DNA of 64,000 bases from the NCBI RefSeq assembly GCF_004010195.1, contig NC_057720.1:8362164-8426163 (forward strand), read 5' to 3'. The notes beneath the pieces were generated by a model. That model had not been told where the DNA came from. It ran no database searches and saw only the letters and a list, made by a program, of their open reading frames with translations. Both the position numbers and the translations under genes were made by a program. Source of the DNA: Chiloscyllium plagiosum. Lineage: Eukaryota. Shown here piece by piece: positions 1 through 12,830 of the stretch (position 1 is the first letter of the stretch; every line of letters begins with the position of its first letter).

Positions 1-348
1 TCCAGAATCTGGTTTCCAGCATCTGCAGCCATTGTTTTTACCTCGTTGATTTTAACCCTACTGCGAATCCTCTTGCAAGGATGCCTGCCTTGAAGAAGTT
101 TTCCTCCTCTCTCTACAAGAATCTCAGGGAGTCCCTCTCCCACTGCAAACTCTACGCTACTTTTTCCTCACCCTCACCCTCCCTAGCTTATCTCTCCATG
201 CTTCAGGCTCTCTGCCTTTATTCCTGATGAAGGGCTTTTGCCCGAAACGTCGATTTTGCTGCTCGTCGGATGCTGCCTGAATTGCTGTGCTCTTCCAGCA
301 CCACTGATCCAGAATCTGGTTTCCAGCATCTGCAGTCATTGTTTTATT
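1..348 (+). mobile_element. Penelope-like element 3' end / partial-tandem pseudo-LTR, family A, truncated by window start
   Basis: Direct repeat TCCAGAATCTGGTTTCCAGCATCTGCAG(C/T)CATTGTTTT at 1-39 and about 308-345; hammerhead motif at 221-255; the same tail recurs inverted at 908-986. Confidence 0.75.
221..255 (+). ncRNA. Minimal type I hammerhead ribozyme motif (PLE-associated)
   Basis: CTGATGA(224-230)-A-GGGC-TTTT-GCCC-GAAA-CGTC: intact core, 4-bp stem II, palindromic ACGT stem III, GUC cleavage triplet; stem I is weak. Confidence 0.8.
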
Positions 349-351
349 CTC

Positions 352-1100
352 TGAAGATTAACATGCAGGTTTAGTTGGAAGTTAGGAAGGCAGATGCATT
401 CTTTCATTAGCATTTATTTCAAGAGGGCTAGAGTACAAGAGCAATGATTACTGCAGAGGATATATATGACTCTGGTCAGATCGCATTTGGAATATCGTCG
501 GCAGTTTTGGGTCCTATTTCTAAGGAAAGATATGTTGGCTTTGGAGGCGGTCCAGACGAGGATAACCAGAATTATTCTAGGGCTGAATAGCTTATGTGAG
601 GAATGGTTGGGGACTCTGGGTCTGTACTCAATGGAGTTCCGAAAGATGAGGAACTGACTAGATTGAAACTTAAAGAATACTGAGAGGCCTGAATAGGATG
701 GATGTGGAGAAGATGCCTCCACCAGTAGGAGAGGCTAGTACGAAGGCACAGCCTCAGAGTGAAGGGACGACCCTTTAGAATTAAGATGAGGAGAAGGTTT
801 TCAAGCCAGAGGGTGGTGAATCAGCAACACATTGCTGAAGAGGGCTTTGGAGGTGGAGTCATTCAGTGTTTTGAAGATGGGGATAGATGTGTTCTTGATT
901 TAATAAGGTAAAAACAATGACTGCAGATGCTGGAAACCAGATTTTGGATTAGTGGTGCTGGAACAACACAGCAGTTCAGGCAGCAAGAAGATCAAGGGTT
1001 ACAAGGAGAAGGTAGGTGAATGGAGTTGAAATGCATAAAAGCCATGTTCAAATGTCTGTGGAAACCTAATGGAGTGAATAGCCTATTTCCATTCCTATAT
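352..1100 (+). mobile_element. CR1-clade LINE 3' fragment, degraded; interrupted by an inverted PLE tail at about 908-986
   Basis: Translation LVRSHLEY..QFW..LRKDMLALEAVQ..ITRII.GL matches the CR1 ORF2 C-terminal region, also seen at 27480-27610. Confidence 0.85.
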
Positions 1101-1129
1101 CATTCAGGTCTTTTGGTCTCATGATCAAT

Positions 1130-1400
1130 CGATGGGCTGCTTTGTCCTGGATGGTGCCAAGCTTCTAGGATAATTGGAGCTGCACCCACCAGGCCAGTGG
1201 GGAGTATTCCATCATACTCCTGACTGGTACCTTGTAGATGGTGAGCAGGCTTTGGGGATTCAGTGAGCTGAGTTCCTCGCTGCAGTATTCCCAGTCGCTG
1301 ACCTGCTCTTGAAGCCACTGTATGACAAGTCCAGATGAGTTTCTGGTCAATGGTAACCTCCAGGAAGTTGATAATGGGGATTCAGTGATGGTAAAACCTT
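1130..1400 (-). mobile_element. Second LINE family (CR1/L2 group) ORF2 fragment
   Basis: LLTIYKVPVRSMMEYSPLAW; homologous to AQVRSVMEYSPLAWVG..LKKLDTIQDKAA at 29040-29150. Confidence 0.7.
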
Positions 1401-1742
1401 TCCCCAATAACAGCTCATGCCACTTTCTGCTCATTTAGTTAAGCATACGCTTGGCAGGAAAAGAAAGACTGATTTACAGAACACCTTAATTACACCATTA
1501 AAAATGGTCCAGCGCATTTCCTGTACAATGGAACTGTGCTGAAACCTACAGACAAACATACGGCAGTGAACCGTCCTGAGATCATTAAAGTGCCAAAAAA
1601 CAGTGACAAATGAATTACCAATTAATCATTGTGTGTGTTGGCATGGCTTGAAGGAATAACGTACTCCAAGGCAGCAGGGGAAAATCTGAAACAAGCAAAG
1701 AGAATCTCAAACAAACCCAGGAACTGTGGAGCGAGAAACAGT

Positions 1743-1780
1743 GTTAACGTTTCGAGCCCAGTTTGGCTCCTCTTCAGGCC
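1743..1780 (-). ncRNA. Minimal hammerhead ribozyme motif in a PLE tail fragment
   Basis: Minus strand CTGAAGA-G-GAGCC-AAACTG-GGCTC-GAAA-CGTT-AAC: intact core and 5-bp stem II; stem I is not paired. Confidence 0.65.
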
Positions 1781-2477
1781 TGGGCATGCTCTTTGCTCCT
1801 CTTCAACTACCCACACAGATTGGTCTTGATTTGGCATCTCATATCCTACTTTCAGCACCACACTGGAGTTTTAACTCCTTGATTCAACTGATGTGCTGTG
1901 AGTAGGGCTTGAACCCATTGTTTTCTGATGCAGTGACAAAGATATTCTCTACTGAGCCCCACCGACGAAGCAGAGACTGACTTAATTGAATGCATTTACA
2001 CTTCTGAAACATGAGTAAACTATGGGGATTTGGATAAATTATCTCCTATCAGTGGGGTGCCAGTTCAAGCCTCACAGTAAGACTAATTTCATTTGTTTGC
2101 TATTTTTGTGTTATCAATTTATGTATTCTGAATATCTGAGTTACAATCATAAAGAAGGAAATTTCAACTCATCTTTTCTATCCACAAGTATTTCAAGAAT
2201 TTCAGAACCTGCAGTTTCCTTTCTTAGAATAGTTACATTCCAGAAGGAGCAATTTGGCTTCTCAAGTCTCTACCTGTTCTCTTAACAGTAAATTAACTGG
2301 ATAAGACCCATTGCTTTCCACATTTTTTTCTCCCATCCCCAGGTTAGACTGTGAACTTTCATTTGATTAGTCCAAGCCTGTGGGTGAAGTACTGTAGTGG
2401 TTGTTGCTGCTTTTTGCAGAAGACTCTTAAGAATGCCACAGACTCTTGGTCAGCAATCCTGCCATCTGTTGCATTGA

Positions 2478-2730
2478 GTCAGAAAGTCATTCAGTCCAAT
2501 CAATCCATGCCAACCATGTTTCCAAACTAAATAGTCCCACTTGCCTGTGTTAGGCCTGAACACCTCTAAACCTTTTCTGTGCCTGTCGAAATACCTTTTA
2601 AACGTTGTAACTGTACCTGCATCTATCACTTCCTCTGGCAGTTCATTCTACATACAAACCACCCTCTGTGTGAAAAGGTTGCCCCTCAGATCCCCTTTAA
2701 AGCTTTCTCCTCTCTCGTTAAAAATGTTAG
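2478..2730 (-). mobile_element. HER1-like CR1 LINE 3' fragment
   Basis: Reverse complement of the recurrent ..LRGNLFTQRVV..WNELP.EV..AGTVTTFKR.. segment and tail. Confidence 0.8.
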
Positions 2731-2824
2731 AAGGATTTGCAGGCCGTTCCCCAAATTGTTGGGTATGTTACTAAATGCTCGTTCACTTTGGGACTTGAAC
2801 CCCTGCCCCAGAGGTAGGGTTAGA

Positions 2825-3270
2825 CTGGTACCAGCCTGATTCTTGGGATGGCGGGACTGACCTATGGAAACAGATTGGATTGGTTAGGACTATATCCACT
2901 GGAGTTTAAAAGAATGAAAAGGGAATCTCATAGAAACCTATAAAATTCTAACAAGACTTGTCAGGTTGAATGCAGGGAGGATGCTCCCAATGATCACAGA
3001 GTCTAATGATCACAGTCTAAGGATATGAGATGAAGAGAAAAGTCTTCACTAAGGGGTGGCAAGCCCATGGAATTCTCAGTCACTGAAAGCAGTTGAGGCC
3101 AAAACGTTACATATTTTCAAGTAGAAGTTAGAAACAGCTTTCAGGGGTAAAGGAATCAAAGGGGAGAAAATGGGAATAGAGTATTGAGTTGGATGATCAG
3201 CCATGATCATATTGAATGGTGGGACAGGTTCGAAGGGCTGAATGGCCTACTCCTGCACTTATATTTGGCG
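2825..3270 (+). mobile_element. CR1 LINE 3' fragment (TGGCCTACTCCTG-tail family)
   Basis: Ends GATCAGCCATGATCATATTGAATGG..GAAGGGCTGAATGGCCTACTCCTGCAC, like the 26020-28050 copy. Confidence 0.8.
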
Positions 3271-4279
3271 TTTCTATAACACTGCACCTCCATGGACTCT
3301 GCAAGCTCTCTCCACCCTGGTGTTTACCCAATTGGATCTGCCTCCTAACAAATCTCGGGCAAAGCATTCCAAATCTACGCTCTCGCTGCATCACTTTCTC
3401 ACATATACCCTTTGGCTCTTTTGACAAACACCTTATATCTGTGTCCTTTGGTTCTCAAGTGTTTCGCAAAGAGAGAGTCTGTTCCTGGTTTACTCTGTCT
3501 AATCTGTTCAGGATTTGAGCACCTCTATAATCTCTCAAGAAATCAGCTCCAGCCTGTCTCATCTATCCATGTTACTGAAATCCCTCACTCTTGGCATGGT
3601 TCTCTAGAAAACCTTTTTCTGATAATATGCTTGTTCCTCTGCTGTACTTCAAAACACAAGGCTACAATGACAGCAAAAACTTGCATTTATATATCACCTT
3701 TTTAAGTAATGAAATGTCACAAGACTCAAGAGCTTCACAAAGCAAAACAGACACTGAGCCACATTAGAAATTATAAGGGCAGATGGCTGAAAATCTCATC
3801 CAAGATGTAGGATCTGAATAGTGTGCATAATTAGAAAAAAAAGTGAGAGGTGGAGAGGCGATGAAGGTCAACAGAGGAAATTTCGGAAATTAGTGTCTAA
3901 GTGGGAAGAGAGGATTCGGTACAACTCTCTCCTTCCAAGAAATCATACACAATCACCTGTAATAGACCCTATTACAATTACTTAATCACTTAAGTGAAAG
4001 TTGTGCAGGATGTCTCTCTGACCCTGCCATGATTGGTGATTAAGACTAATGATTAGAAAAAGTAAGCTAATCAGGAGCATCCTCTACATCTGCCTTATAT
4101 ATCAAGGATATGATTGAAACACTTTGTGTAAGCACTGAGGGAAGCCAGAAAGTTCTTTTCCTTTAGCCCTTAAAGGTTTGGTCAGAGACGTTTGAATAAG
4201 CCTGCCACTGAATCCCACCTGATCTCTCGCCATATATGCAGCCAAATGACATTAAAGTGGTGGATCGGGGGAATTCCTC

Positions 4280-4662
4280 TTTAATGAATAGGCTGGGGCA
4301 ATTTTCACTAGAGTGTCAGACGCAGAGGGGTGACCTTTATAGAAGTTTATAAAATCATGAGGGGCATGGATAGGGTGAATAGCCAAGGTCTTTTCCCCAG
4401 GATGAGTGAATCCAAAACTAGAGGGCGTAGGTTTATGGTAAGAAAGGAAAAGTTTAAAAGGGACCTATGGGGCAACTCCTTCACATAGAGCGTGGTGCGT
4501 GTATGGAATGAGTTGCCAGTGGAAGTGATGGATGCTGGTGCAATTACAACATTTAAAAGGCATCTGGATGGATACTTGAATAGGAAGGGTTCAGAGGGAT
4601 ATGGGCCAAGTGCTAGCAAATTGGACTAGATTAATTTAAAACAAACATCTCTATGACTCTAT
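4280..4662 (+). mobile_element. HER1-like CR1 LINE 3' fragment
   Basis: GGGTGACCTTTATAGAAGTTTATAAAATCATGAGGGGCATGG... ending in CTCTATGACTCTAT tail. Confidence 0.85.
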
Positions 4663-6154
4663 AACAATGGCTTCATGATCATCATTAAACTAGCTTTTTA
4701 TTCCAAAATTTTAAAAATAGAATTCCAAAGATTTTTCATCATCTGTGTAAAGAATTTCTTCCTCATCAGAGTCCTAATTGGCCTATATCTTATTCTGAGA
4801 ATGTGTTGCTTGTTTCTAGATAGCCCCAATTCAGTAAAAAGACATCCTTCCTGCATCTATCCTGTCCTGTACTGTGGGAATTTTCTGCTGGAATTAGATT
4901 GTTGCACATTTTTCAAAATGTCAGAGAATATCAGCCCTGTCTGTTTAATCTTTCCTTAATGCACAATCTCTTCATCCCCGTAGAACTGCTATGAAGGTTG
5001 GATTAAAAGGACGTTTGTTTCATGTTTTCTTCAGTTTTGAGTTTGTGATTCTCACTATAAAAAGCGCACCAACTTGATGAAGCAGCCTGCTTACTCAACA
5101 GGAGAACAAATATTTATATAGCACTTGTCAGCGCCTCAGGTCGTCACAAAAGATTTGACAGCCAGTAGAACATGTTCGAAGTGTCATCACTGATATGGCT
5201 ACATCAGTGTCACCATCATCCATACTGTGTACTCCACAATCTCAGCTGAGTCTGTCACATTATATTTCACTGCTGGAGAGAGCTGTGTCATTCTAGAATG
5301 GAGTTACCAACATCCGAAATGATCAGACTGAGCTCCAAGTGAGATGTATTGAGTTGATGTCACTGGTTGGAGAAGCTGATGTTCTGAGCCTTTGCAGTCT
5401 ACAGCCATAACCAACTAATGGTTCAGTATCGTGATAGGATCGAGAGATCATCTTCATGTCCAGCTCAAGTGATGTCTGGATACTGTACAAGACATGGTAG
5501 GGGAGAGAGCAGAAGCCTAAGTAGACTGAAGACCACTAGTTACCTAGAACTGACTTATTGTGTGTGCCCTTTGTCCTTGCATCTCTCAGACTTTCTCACT
5601 GGAAAGCTTTTGACTTCCAAACACATCCTGCACCATCCCCTTCCCATCATCGAGGCCTTCCCCACAGCATTCTCCATGTCTCCTGCTCCCGCCACCTCAC
5701 CAAGATTCAGAGCTTTTCTGATGAACCGAAATGATGTTGCAGCACAGTGACATGATTGAATGGCGGAGTGGACTCGATGGGCCGAATGGCCTTACTTCCA
5801 CTCCTATGTCTTATGGACATGGGGTTTTAAAAGTACTCACTGCTTGTGACGCAAGTTTTCTTTTCTTTCTCTTTTCATTTTTATGTTGATACTTAATGGA
5901 TTAGCAATGTACCCTCAACAAACTTCAAAATTGGAAGCAACGTTTGAACTGAATTGATTTGTGATCGTTAGAACAACCGACCTTAGAAGATTTTTAAAAA
6001 CTCTTTCATGGTATGTAAGCATCATTAGCAAAACTGCAATTTGTTGGTCATCCCTAATTGTCCTTGAGAAGGTGGTGGTAAGTAGTTTTCTTGAATCTCT
6101 ATCGTATAACTGCTGTTAGAGCACCTACATTGTCCCTGAATGCTCACACTCTGA

Positions 6155-6470
6155 CAGCGAGTTTTGAGAAGATTTGTAGCTCAGGTTGAGCTTCTGGATG
6201 TAGGTTTGCTTGTTAAGCTGGAAGGTTCATTTTCAGATGTTTTGTTACCATACTAAGTAATATCTTCAGTGAGCCTCTGGATGAAGCACTGGTGGTGTAG
6301 CCCACTTTCCTTCTGTGTGTTCAGGTTTCCCTGGATTGGTGACACCATTTCCTGTGGTGATGTCATTTCATGTAGTGATATCATTTCCTGTACTTTTTCT
6401 CAGGGGATGGTAAATGGGATCCAAGTTAATGTGTTTGTTGATAGAGTTCCAGTTGGAATGCCATGCTTCT
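6155..6470 (-). mobile_element. Penelope-like element 3' end (third family) with a degenerate HHR at 6234-6271
   Basis: Minus-strand peptide LEAWHSNWNSINKHINLDPIYHPLR resembles the C-terminus of a PLE GIY-YIG endonuclease; followed by CA-CTGAAGA-T-ATTAC..GTAAC-AAAA-CATC-TG. Confidence 0.7.
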
Positions 6471-6649
6471 AGGATGGCACTCTGTTTACACTCTGAATTA
6501 AGGTTATGACCCTTTAATCTCTGGACTTCACTCACTTTAACAATCGTTTTAAACTCCTCCATTTAGATGCATCAAAATTTTCTATATTTGGGCTTGTCTC
6601 TGTTAATTTAAAGCCTATCACCCAGTGTCATGTCTGGAATTCTAACATG

Positions 6650-6960
6650 CCTAGCATGCAGAAAAAGATCATGCAACTCACTGAGTCTGCACCTACCCTC
6701 CAAAGAGGGTCCCTCCCACTCTATCCCCATGTTCCCACATCTACCACATTGAATCCACCTAGCCAGCACACTAAAGGGCAATGTAGCATGGTCAATCCAC
6801 CTGCATATCTTCAGATTGTGGGAAGAGACCAGAGCAAACCCATGAAGACACATGGAGAATGTGCAAACTCCACACAGACAGTCACCCAAGGCTGGAATCA
6901 AACCCAGGTCCCTGGCGCTGTGAGGCAGCAGTGCTAACCACTGAACCATTGTGTTGCCCA
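6650..6960 (-). mobile_element. HE1-like V-SINE
   Basis: tRNA-like head (GGTTCAGTGGTTAGCACTGCTGCCTCACAGCGCCAGGGACC) and V-domain TGTGTGGAGTTTGCACATTCTCC on the minus strand. Confidence 0.85.
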
Positions 6961-9823
6961 TAATCTGCATGCTAACTATATGCAAACATAAGGTGAATAG
7001 AAACAGAATTTATTTTTCAAGTTGGTTCGTCCTTTTGTCAGGTTCTGATGAAAGTCACCTTGACCTGAAATGTTAAGTCTGTTTCTCGTCATAGGGCCAA
7101 TCTAATCTGCTGAGTATTACCTGATTTTGTTTTCATTTCAGATTTCCAGCAGCCACTGCATTTTGTGAAGGGGGAAGGCAACCTGAATTGTGAAGAGCAG
7201 GACTGTATTGAAGATGGATTTTAACTGAGAAGTCATGCTTGAGCAGATGGTGTAACCACCAGGGCAGTCCCAAGGACATCCACATTGCTCCAAAGCTTTG
7301 ACTCTGGGAACTGGCACACTGGGTGCCAGATGGTTTGGGAGCGGGGATGCCAGATGCACCAGCCCTCAGTCCCACAGCTGTAATGCCTCACCTTCCGACA
7401 CCCCACGAATTCCATCAATAGGCTCAATGGAGCTCCCATGCTGAGCACCATATTCAGTGCTAATGGAGCATCTGTCAGCAGCAACAGAGGACCAACTAAA
7501 TAAAACAAAATGAACAAAGTACAGAGGGGAAAGAACTCTGAGAAAGGACTTCTACATTAAAGGGGAAGAAACAGCAAACAGTGAGAGAGAAAAGAGAGAG
7601 GAAGAAAACCCCAAAGATAGGGCAAAGAAATCACACAAAAGAGGGAAATAAAACAAAACTGACAACAGAGTAATTAATGAGATCGTCTGACTGGAATGAT
7701 TCCCTGGATGGCAGGACTGATGGTAAAGGGAGATTGAATTGGATAGGACTGTATTCATTGGAGTTTGGAAGATTGAGGGTAGAGAAATCTCCTCTCTACT
7801 TGGAATGACAGCATGACCCATCAGAACTTGTCAATTAGGAAAAATATATTGGGTCCGGGGCGCACTTCATGGGTACTTGGATCTACAAGTAGTGAATCTG
7901 CATAAACAGAGGTAAATCTATTCAAAACTGGACAGAGTAGATTGGGAGACACTATTCCCAGTATTGGAAGGATTGAGAATGAGAGACTACAGACTTAATA
8001 GTTGGCTAAAGAAACAGTGGTGACATAAGGAAAGGTCTTTTCACTCAGCAAGTGGCATGGATCTGGGGAATGCATATCCTGAGGATGGTGTGAGGGTCAA
8101 TAAAAATGAAGAATGTACAGGGACCTGGGGTAAAAGCACGGATGTGGCAAGAAGTAAAGAAAATCAGCACATTGTTTTGGCCAACAAAATGGCATCCTTC
8201 TGTGCTGTGACCATTCAATGATTGACTGTTCCAGTGAGCTTTACAATAGCTTGAGCTATCAATTTAATACTTCGGAGTCTTTAGGACTCAACATTTGAAT
8301 TTGACAATGACAGGTTATATCCTCTGCCCCCATTTTGTTTCTTCTCCTTTGCAGGAATGGATTCAACCTTGTTTCCCTTCTTCACTGTCTTAGGGATGAG
8401 AGCTGCTCATCATTCTGCCATTCGCATGTACCCAAGACACACTTCATCTTTACCTGTCTCATGATCACTGCCTTCAGCTCTGGATCACCAACTCCTTTGT
8501 TGTTGAATCACTCCTGTCTTCCACCCTATCACAGACCATCCCTTTCTCTTCTTTTCTTCTACTCTCACCCCCTTTCACGTTCAAAACTGGCTGACCTTCC
8601 TAACTTTTCCCAGCTAAGACATCATCCACCCTGAACTATTAACTCCATTTCCTCTCTCCACAGATGCTGCCACCACACCTGCTGAGTATTTCTAGCAATT
8701 TCTGATGCTAAAAATATAAGTCAGTAAGGAATAGCAGGCACCTATTGGCTTAAAAAGAGTCCTGCAAATACACGCTGAAAGGTTTAATTTTGTGACTAAT
8801 TACTGTTTAAATTAAAACCTTGCTTCCCTACTATTTGATCCCAAAGTCCCATCACCTTGTAAAAAATTGTGTTTCGATGAGATCCCAGATGTATCCCAGC
8901 AAATTAATTTAAGGTTGTAATTCTCAAATCCTCCAACAATAAAAATTTGCATTTATCTACAGCCTTGCATGTCACAAAGCGTCCCAAGGCACTTTACAGA
9001 GAATATCTGGCAATTGACACGATGAGTGAAGATTAAGAGAAGTCAAAGAGGTAGATTTTAAAGATTATCCCAGTGGAGGACAGAGAGAGACAGATTGATT
9101 TAGGGAGGGAATTCCAAAGTGTCTCGTTTCAGCAGCTGAAGATGCTGCTGCCAATGGTGGAGCGATTAGAATTGGAGATGCACAAGAGGCCGGAAATGTG
9201 GAATATATTCCATTGGAACTCAATACCCACACCCATCCTCTGAACCAACAGTGGATAACTCATAATTCCCATTCCCTCTTTTTTCAGGGGGTGGCTATCT
9301 TTTCAATCACTTGACCCTTTCTGTCTGGAATGTTATGCCTAAACACATTGTGTCTCTTCAGCTATTCTCTATAAATTTACCAACTGCCTCAGCTGTTCTC
9401 ACTGGCCATGCTTTTTTCATCCCATTCCCCAACCTTTCAGATTTCCTTTGTTCTTTCCTTTGGATGTGATTTTTCTCCCTGTCTCAGACTATTTCTTTCT
9501 GTGATATGTTACAGAGTGTAGCTATTTGCTAACTTACCAATGTAATAAACTCCACATTCATTTCATCAAGCTCCCAACTCCAGAGAGAGGCAAACCACCA
9601 TAAATCATTGTGGCGACAACTCATTTTTTTTCTTGTTTGCAATTGATGCTTTCCTCTTATTTCAGTTTTAATTGGTTCACTTTCTCCTCCAAAAGAATCC
9701 CCACGCCACCCACCACTAAAGTGACCCTTGCCAATCTGACAGCCCGAGGTGGGCAGAGACCTATATAGATGGCCTCACTCTCTGATTTCCACACACTGCT
9801 TTCCTTGCCTCTGTTCCCTGGTG

Positions 9824-11380
9824 TGGAGGTGCCGTTGGACTGCAGGGGTGGACAAGGTCAGATGTCACATGACACCAGGTTATGGTCCAACAGGTTTATT
9901 TGAAATCACAAGCTTTCGGAGTGCTGCCCCTTCAGTAGGTGATGTGCAGAGAGGCACATTGGCACAGAATTTGTAGCAGAGAGATCTAACGTTCACACAA
10001 ATGGTTGGTTTGACACTGAGCATGCAATTCTTTAAACCTATTCCAGCCATTTGGTTTGTCTCCAGCACCACCATATTTTTAATCTTTTGTAATTACCTCT
10101 TTGCCTCAATTAATTGGTTTATAGGTCATCCCTTCACTTGTTATTCAGCTGTTGACACTTCACTCAAACCATCTGACACTTTTGATCACTTAGGGGAAAG
10201 TGAGGACTGCAGATGCTGGAGATCAGAGTCGAGAATGCGGTGCTGAAGGTCAGCAGGTCAGGCAGCATCCGAGGAGCAGGAGAATCGATGTTTCAGGCAT
10301 GCCCACATTTTCGACTTTTGATAATCTGCAAAGTCTTATTATTCAACCTGTAGACGCTCGACTCAGACCATTTAGAGTCATAGAGACATAGAGATGTACA
10401 GCATGGAAACAGACCCTTCGGTCCAACCAGTCCACGCCGACCAGATGTCTAGTCCCACCTGCCAGCATCTGGCCTATATCCCTCCAAATCCTTCCTATTC
10501 ATATACCCATCCAAATGCCCCTTAAATGTTGCAATTGTACCAGCCTCCACCACATCCTCTGGCAGCTCATTCCAAACACGTACCACCCTCTGCATGAAAA
10601 GGTTGCCCCTTAGGTCTCTTTTATATCTTTTCCCTCTCACCCTAAACCAATGCCCTCTAGTTCTGGATTCCCCTACCCCAGGAATAAGACTTTGTCTATT
10701 TATCCTATCCATGCCCCTCAAAAGATTAAAAATATGGTGTTGCTGGAGACAAACCAAATGGCTTGAATAGGTTTAAGAATTGCATGCTCAGTGTCAAACC
10801 AACCATTTGTGTGAACTTTAGAGATCTCTGCTACACATTCTGTGGCAATGTGCCTCTCTGTACATCACCTACTGAAGGAGCAGCACTCCAAAAGCTTGTA
10901 AACCTCTTATAAGGTCACCCGCTCAGCCTCCGACACTCCAGGCAAAACAGCCCCAGCCTGTTCAGCCTCTCCCAATAGCTCAAATTCTCCAATCCTGGCA
11001 ACATCCTTGTAAATCTTTTCTGAACCCTTTCAAGTTTCACAACATCTTTCTGATAGGAGGGAGACCAGAATTACATGCAATATTCCAACAGTGGCCTAAC
11101 CAATGTCCTGTACAGTCGCAACATGACCTCCCAACTCCTGTACTCAATACTCTGATTAATAAAGGAAAGCATACCAAACGCCTTCTTCACTATCCTCTCT
11201 TCCTGTGACTCCACTTTCAAGGAGCTATGAACCTGCATTGTATGATCTTTTGATCTCTCTGCTATAAATCCTGTGTCTATGTCCCTCTCTGCAGTCCACC
11301 TGATGAAGGGGCAGTGTTTTGAAAGCTTGTGATTTCAAACAAACGTGTTGGACTATAATCTGGTGTCATTTGACCTCTGA
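9824..11380. mobile_element. Composite PLE (family B) with inverted termini, containing nested family-A and HER1 insertions
   Basis: Inverted arms at about 9855-9990 and 11240-11380; HHR motifs at 9907-9941 (minus, core mutated) and 11297-11331 (plus); flanking TSD TCTG(T/C)TCCCTGGTG at 9810-9823 and 11381-11394. Confidence 0.75.
10374..11237 (-). mobile_element. HER1-like CR1 LINE 3' part (interrupted at 10721-10899)
   Basis: RGMDRINRQSLIPGVGESRTRGH..RDLRGNLF.QRVVRVWNELPEDVVEAG; AGAGTCATAGAG tail. Confidence 0.9.
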
Positions 11381-12699
11381 TCTGCTCCCTGGTGATCTGG
11401 GTCCACCACATAGGGTATCATGGTATTTTGCCATCATCCATGACACAACCCTCTGTTCCACGAGGCTACAGAGACTGAGTTCCTAAGGCAGCATGACAAA
11501 CAGTGCCAAAATCAGCAGCAGCAGCAATAAAATGTTCTTTTTCCTTAAATATTACAAATCATTGGACCCACAGACATCCATCTTGAATTGAGCTTGCTCA
11601 ACATAATTGTCCTAATGGACTCTACAGAAACATCTTAATAAAGCCCTGCAATAATAATGTTGCTTTTATTGATTAACATGCATGTCAGACATAGCCTCAT
11701 CACAGTAGGGGAATGGTAGGTCGGAGTAAAGTTACCAGACAGCAGTTTGTCTCATTTAAGGATGCATTTCCTAATTTGATCAATAATTAAGAGCGCCAGT
11801 AACATGAATTAAACTGAATACAATAACAAACAGACAGAATATTTATGCTGCAAAATCTGAGCTACAAGGTTTTGGCTTTCTCTGGAACAGGTCCAGATGA
11901 CTTATACCGGCTCAGAAATCAGCTGCTGAGGAAGGTGGCCTAGTTGCCCTTTTGATCTCTTTTCCCCCACATTAACAAGCCGATCCCATTAAAGTGTCTA
12001 GCCCTTCTTAAGTGAGTCTAGTGAATATGCCTCCACTACCCTTATTAGGAACCAGTTCCATAGGCAGGTAATCTTTGTGAGGTTATGCAAACTGATGTCT
12101 ATTTTATAAAGCAGATTTCCTGTCCTTAAGCTGCATGGGATAATGTGTTACACTTTCAGAGCAATGTTGGATTTCAGAAGATGCAGGCAGATGTGAAATC
12201 TTCTTCAGAAATAAGCTGAAACGTTAGCTCGGTTTCAGTCTCCACAAAAGCTGCCAGCCCTGCTGGATTTCTCCAGCTATTTCCTGATTTCCAGTGTCCG
12301 TAGACTTTGTTTTGTTTAAGTGATACATACTGCTCTGATTTGCCATGTATCTCTCAAACTGGAGGCCCAGTATGACCAGCATGTTGATTTCCAGATTTGA
12401 CCTTTGCTTTCACTGTTTTTACTCTGTTGATTTGCAGAGTTTGTATTACTTGTGTTAGGCAGCGTACTCTCGCACCCCTATTTCAACCCTTTCTGACTCT
12501 CTTACCAGTTTCATGGAAGTTAGGTGGTAGCTGAGGTGGTGAGTATACTGCACAACCCACTGTTAGCGTACAGTAATACTAACAGCTCTGACAGCATCTG
12601 TGGACAGGGAAACAGAGTTTGACTCTTCTTCAGAACTGAAAGGGGGTTGGAGATTGGATTTGACAGAGGTAGAGACCCAGTGCAAAAGACAAAAGAGTT

Positions 12700-12830
12700 G
12701 ACTAATGGTTCAGAAAGAGAAAAGGAAACATAAGCTTGAGAAACAGCACTTCATGTCTCACTTGGGCACTTTACCGCCTTCAGGTCTCTATGTTAAATTG
12801 CATAATTTAATAAATTATGCCTGTTCTCCA
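12700..12830 (+). mobile_element. PLE ORF C-terminal remnant
   Basis: HKLEKQHFMSHLGTLPPSGLYVKLHNL is a degraded form of the motif RKLEEQHL.FRLG....GLNIEF seen at 19650-19730 (minus). Confidence 0.6.

Noticed and set aside
3958..4240. Possible short solo LTR (TGT start, TATA-like and AATAAG motifs)
   Set aside because: No convincing TSD or second copy in the window, so it cannot be supported.
7133..7517. GC-richer block with overlapping 73-94 aa ORFs
   Set aside because: No recognisable domain or convincing splice-site pair; the left edge is a PLE tail remnant.
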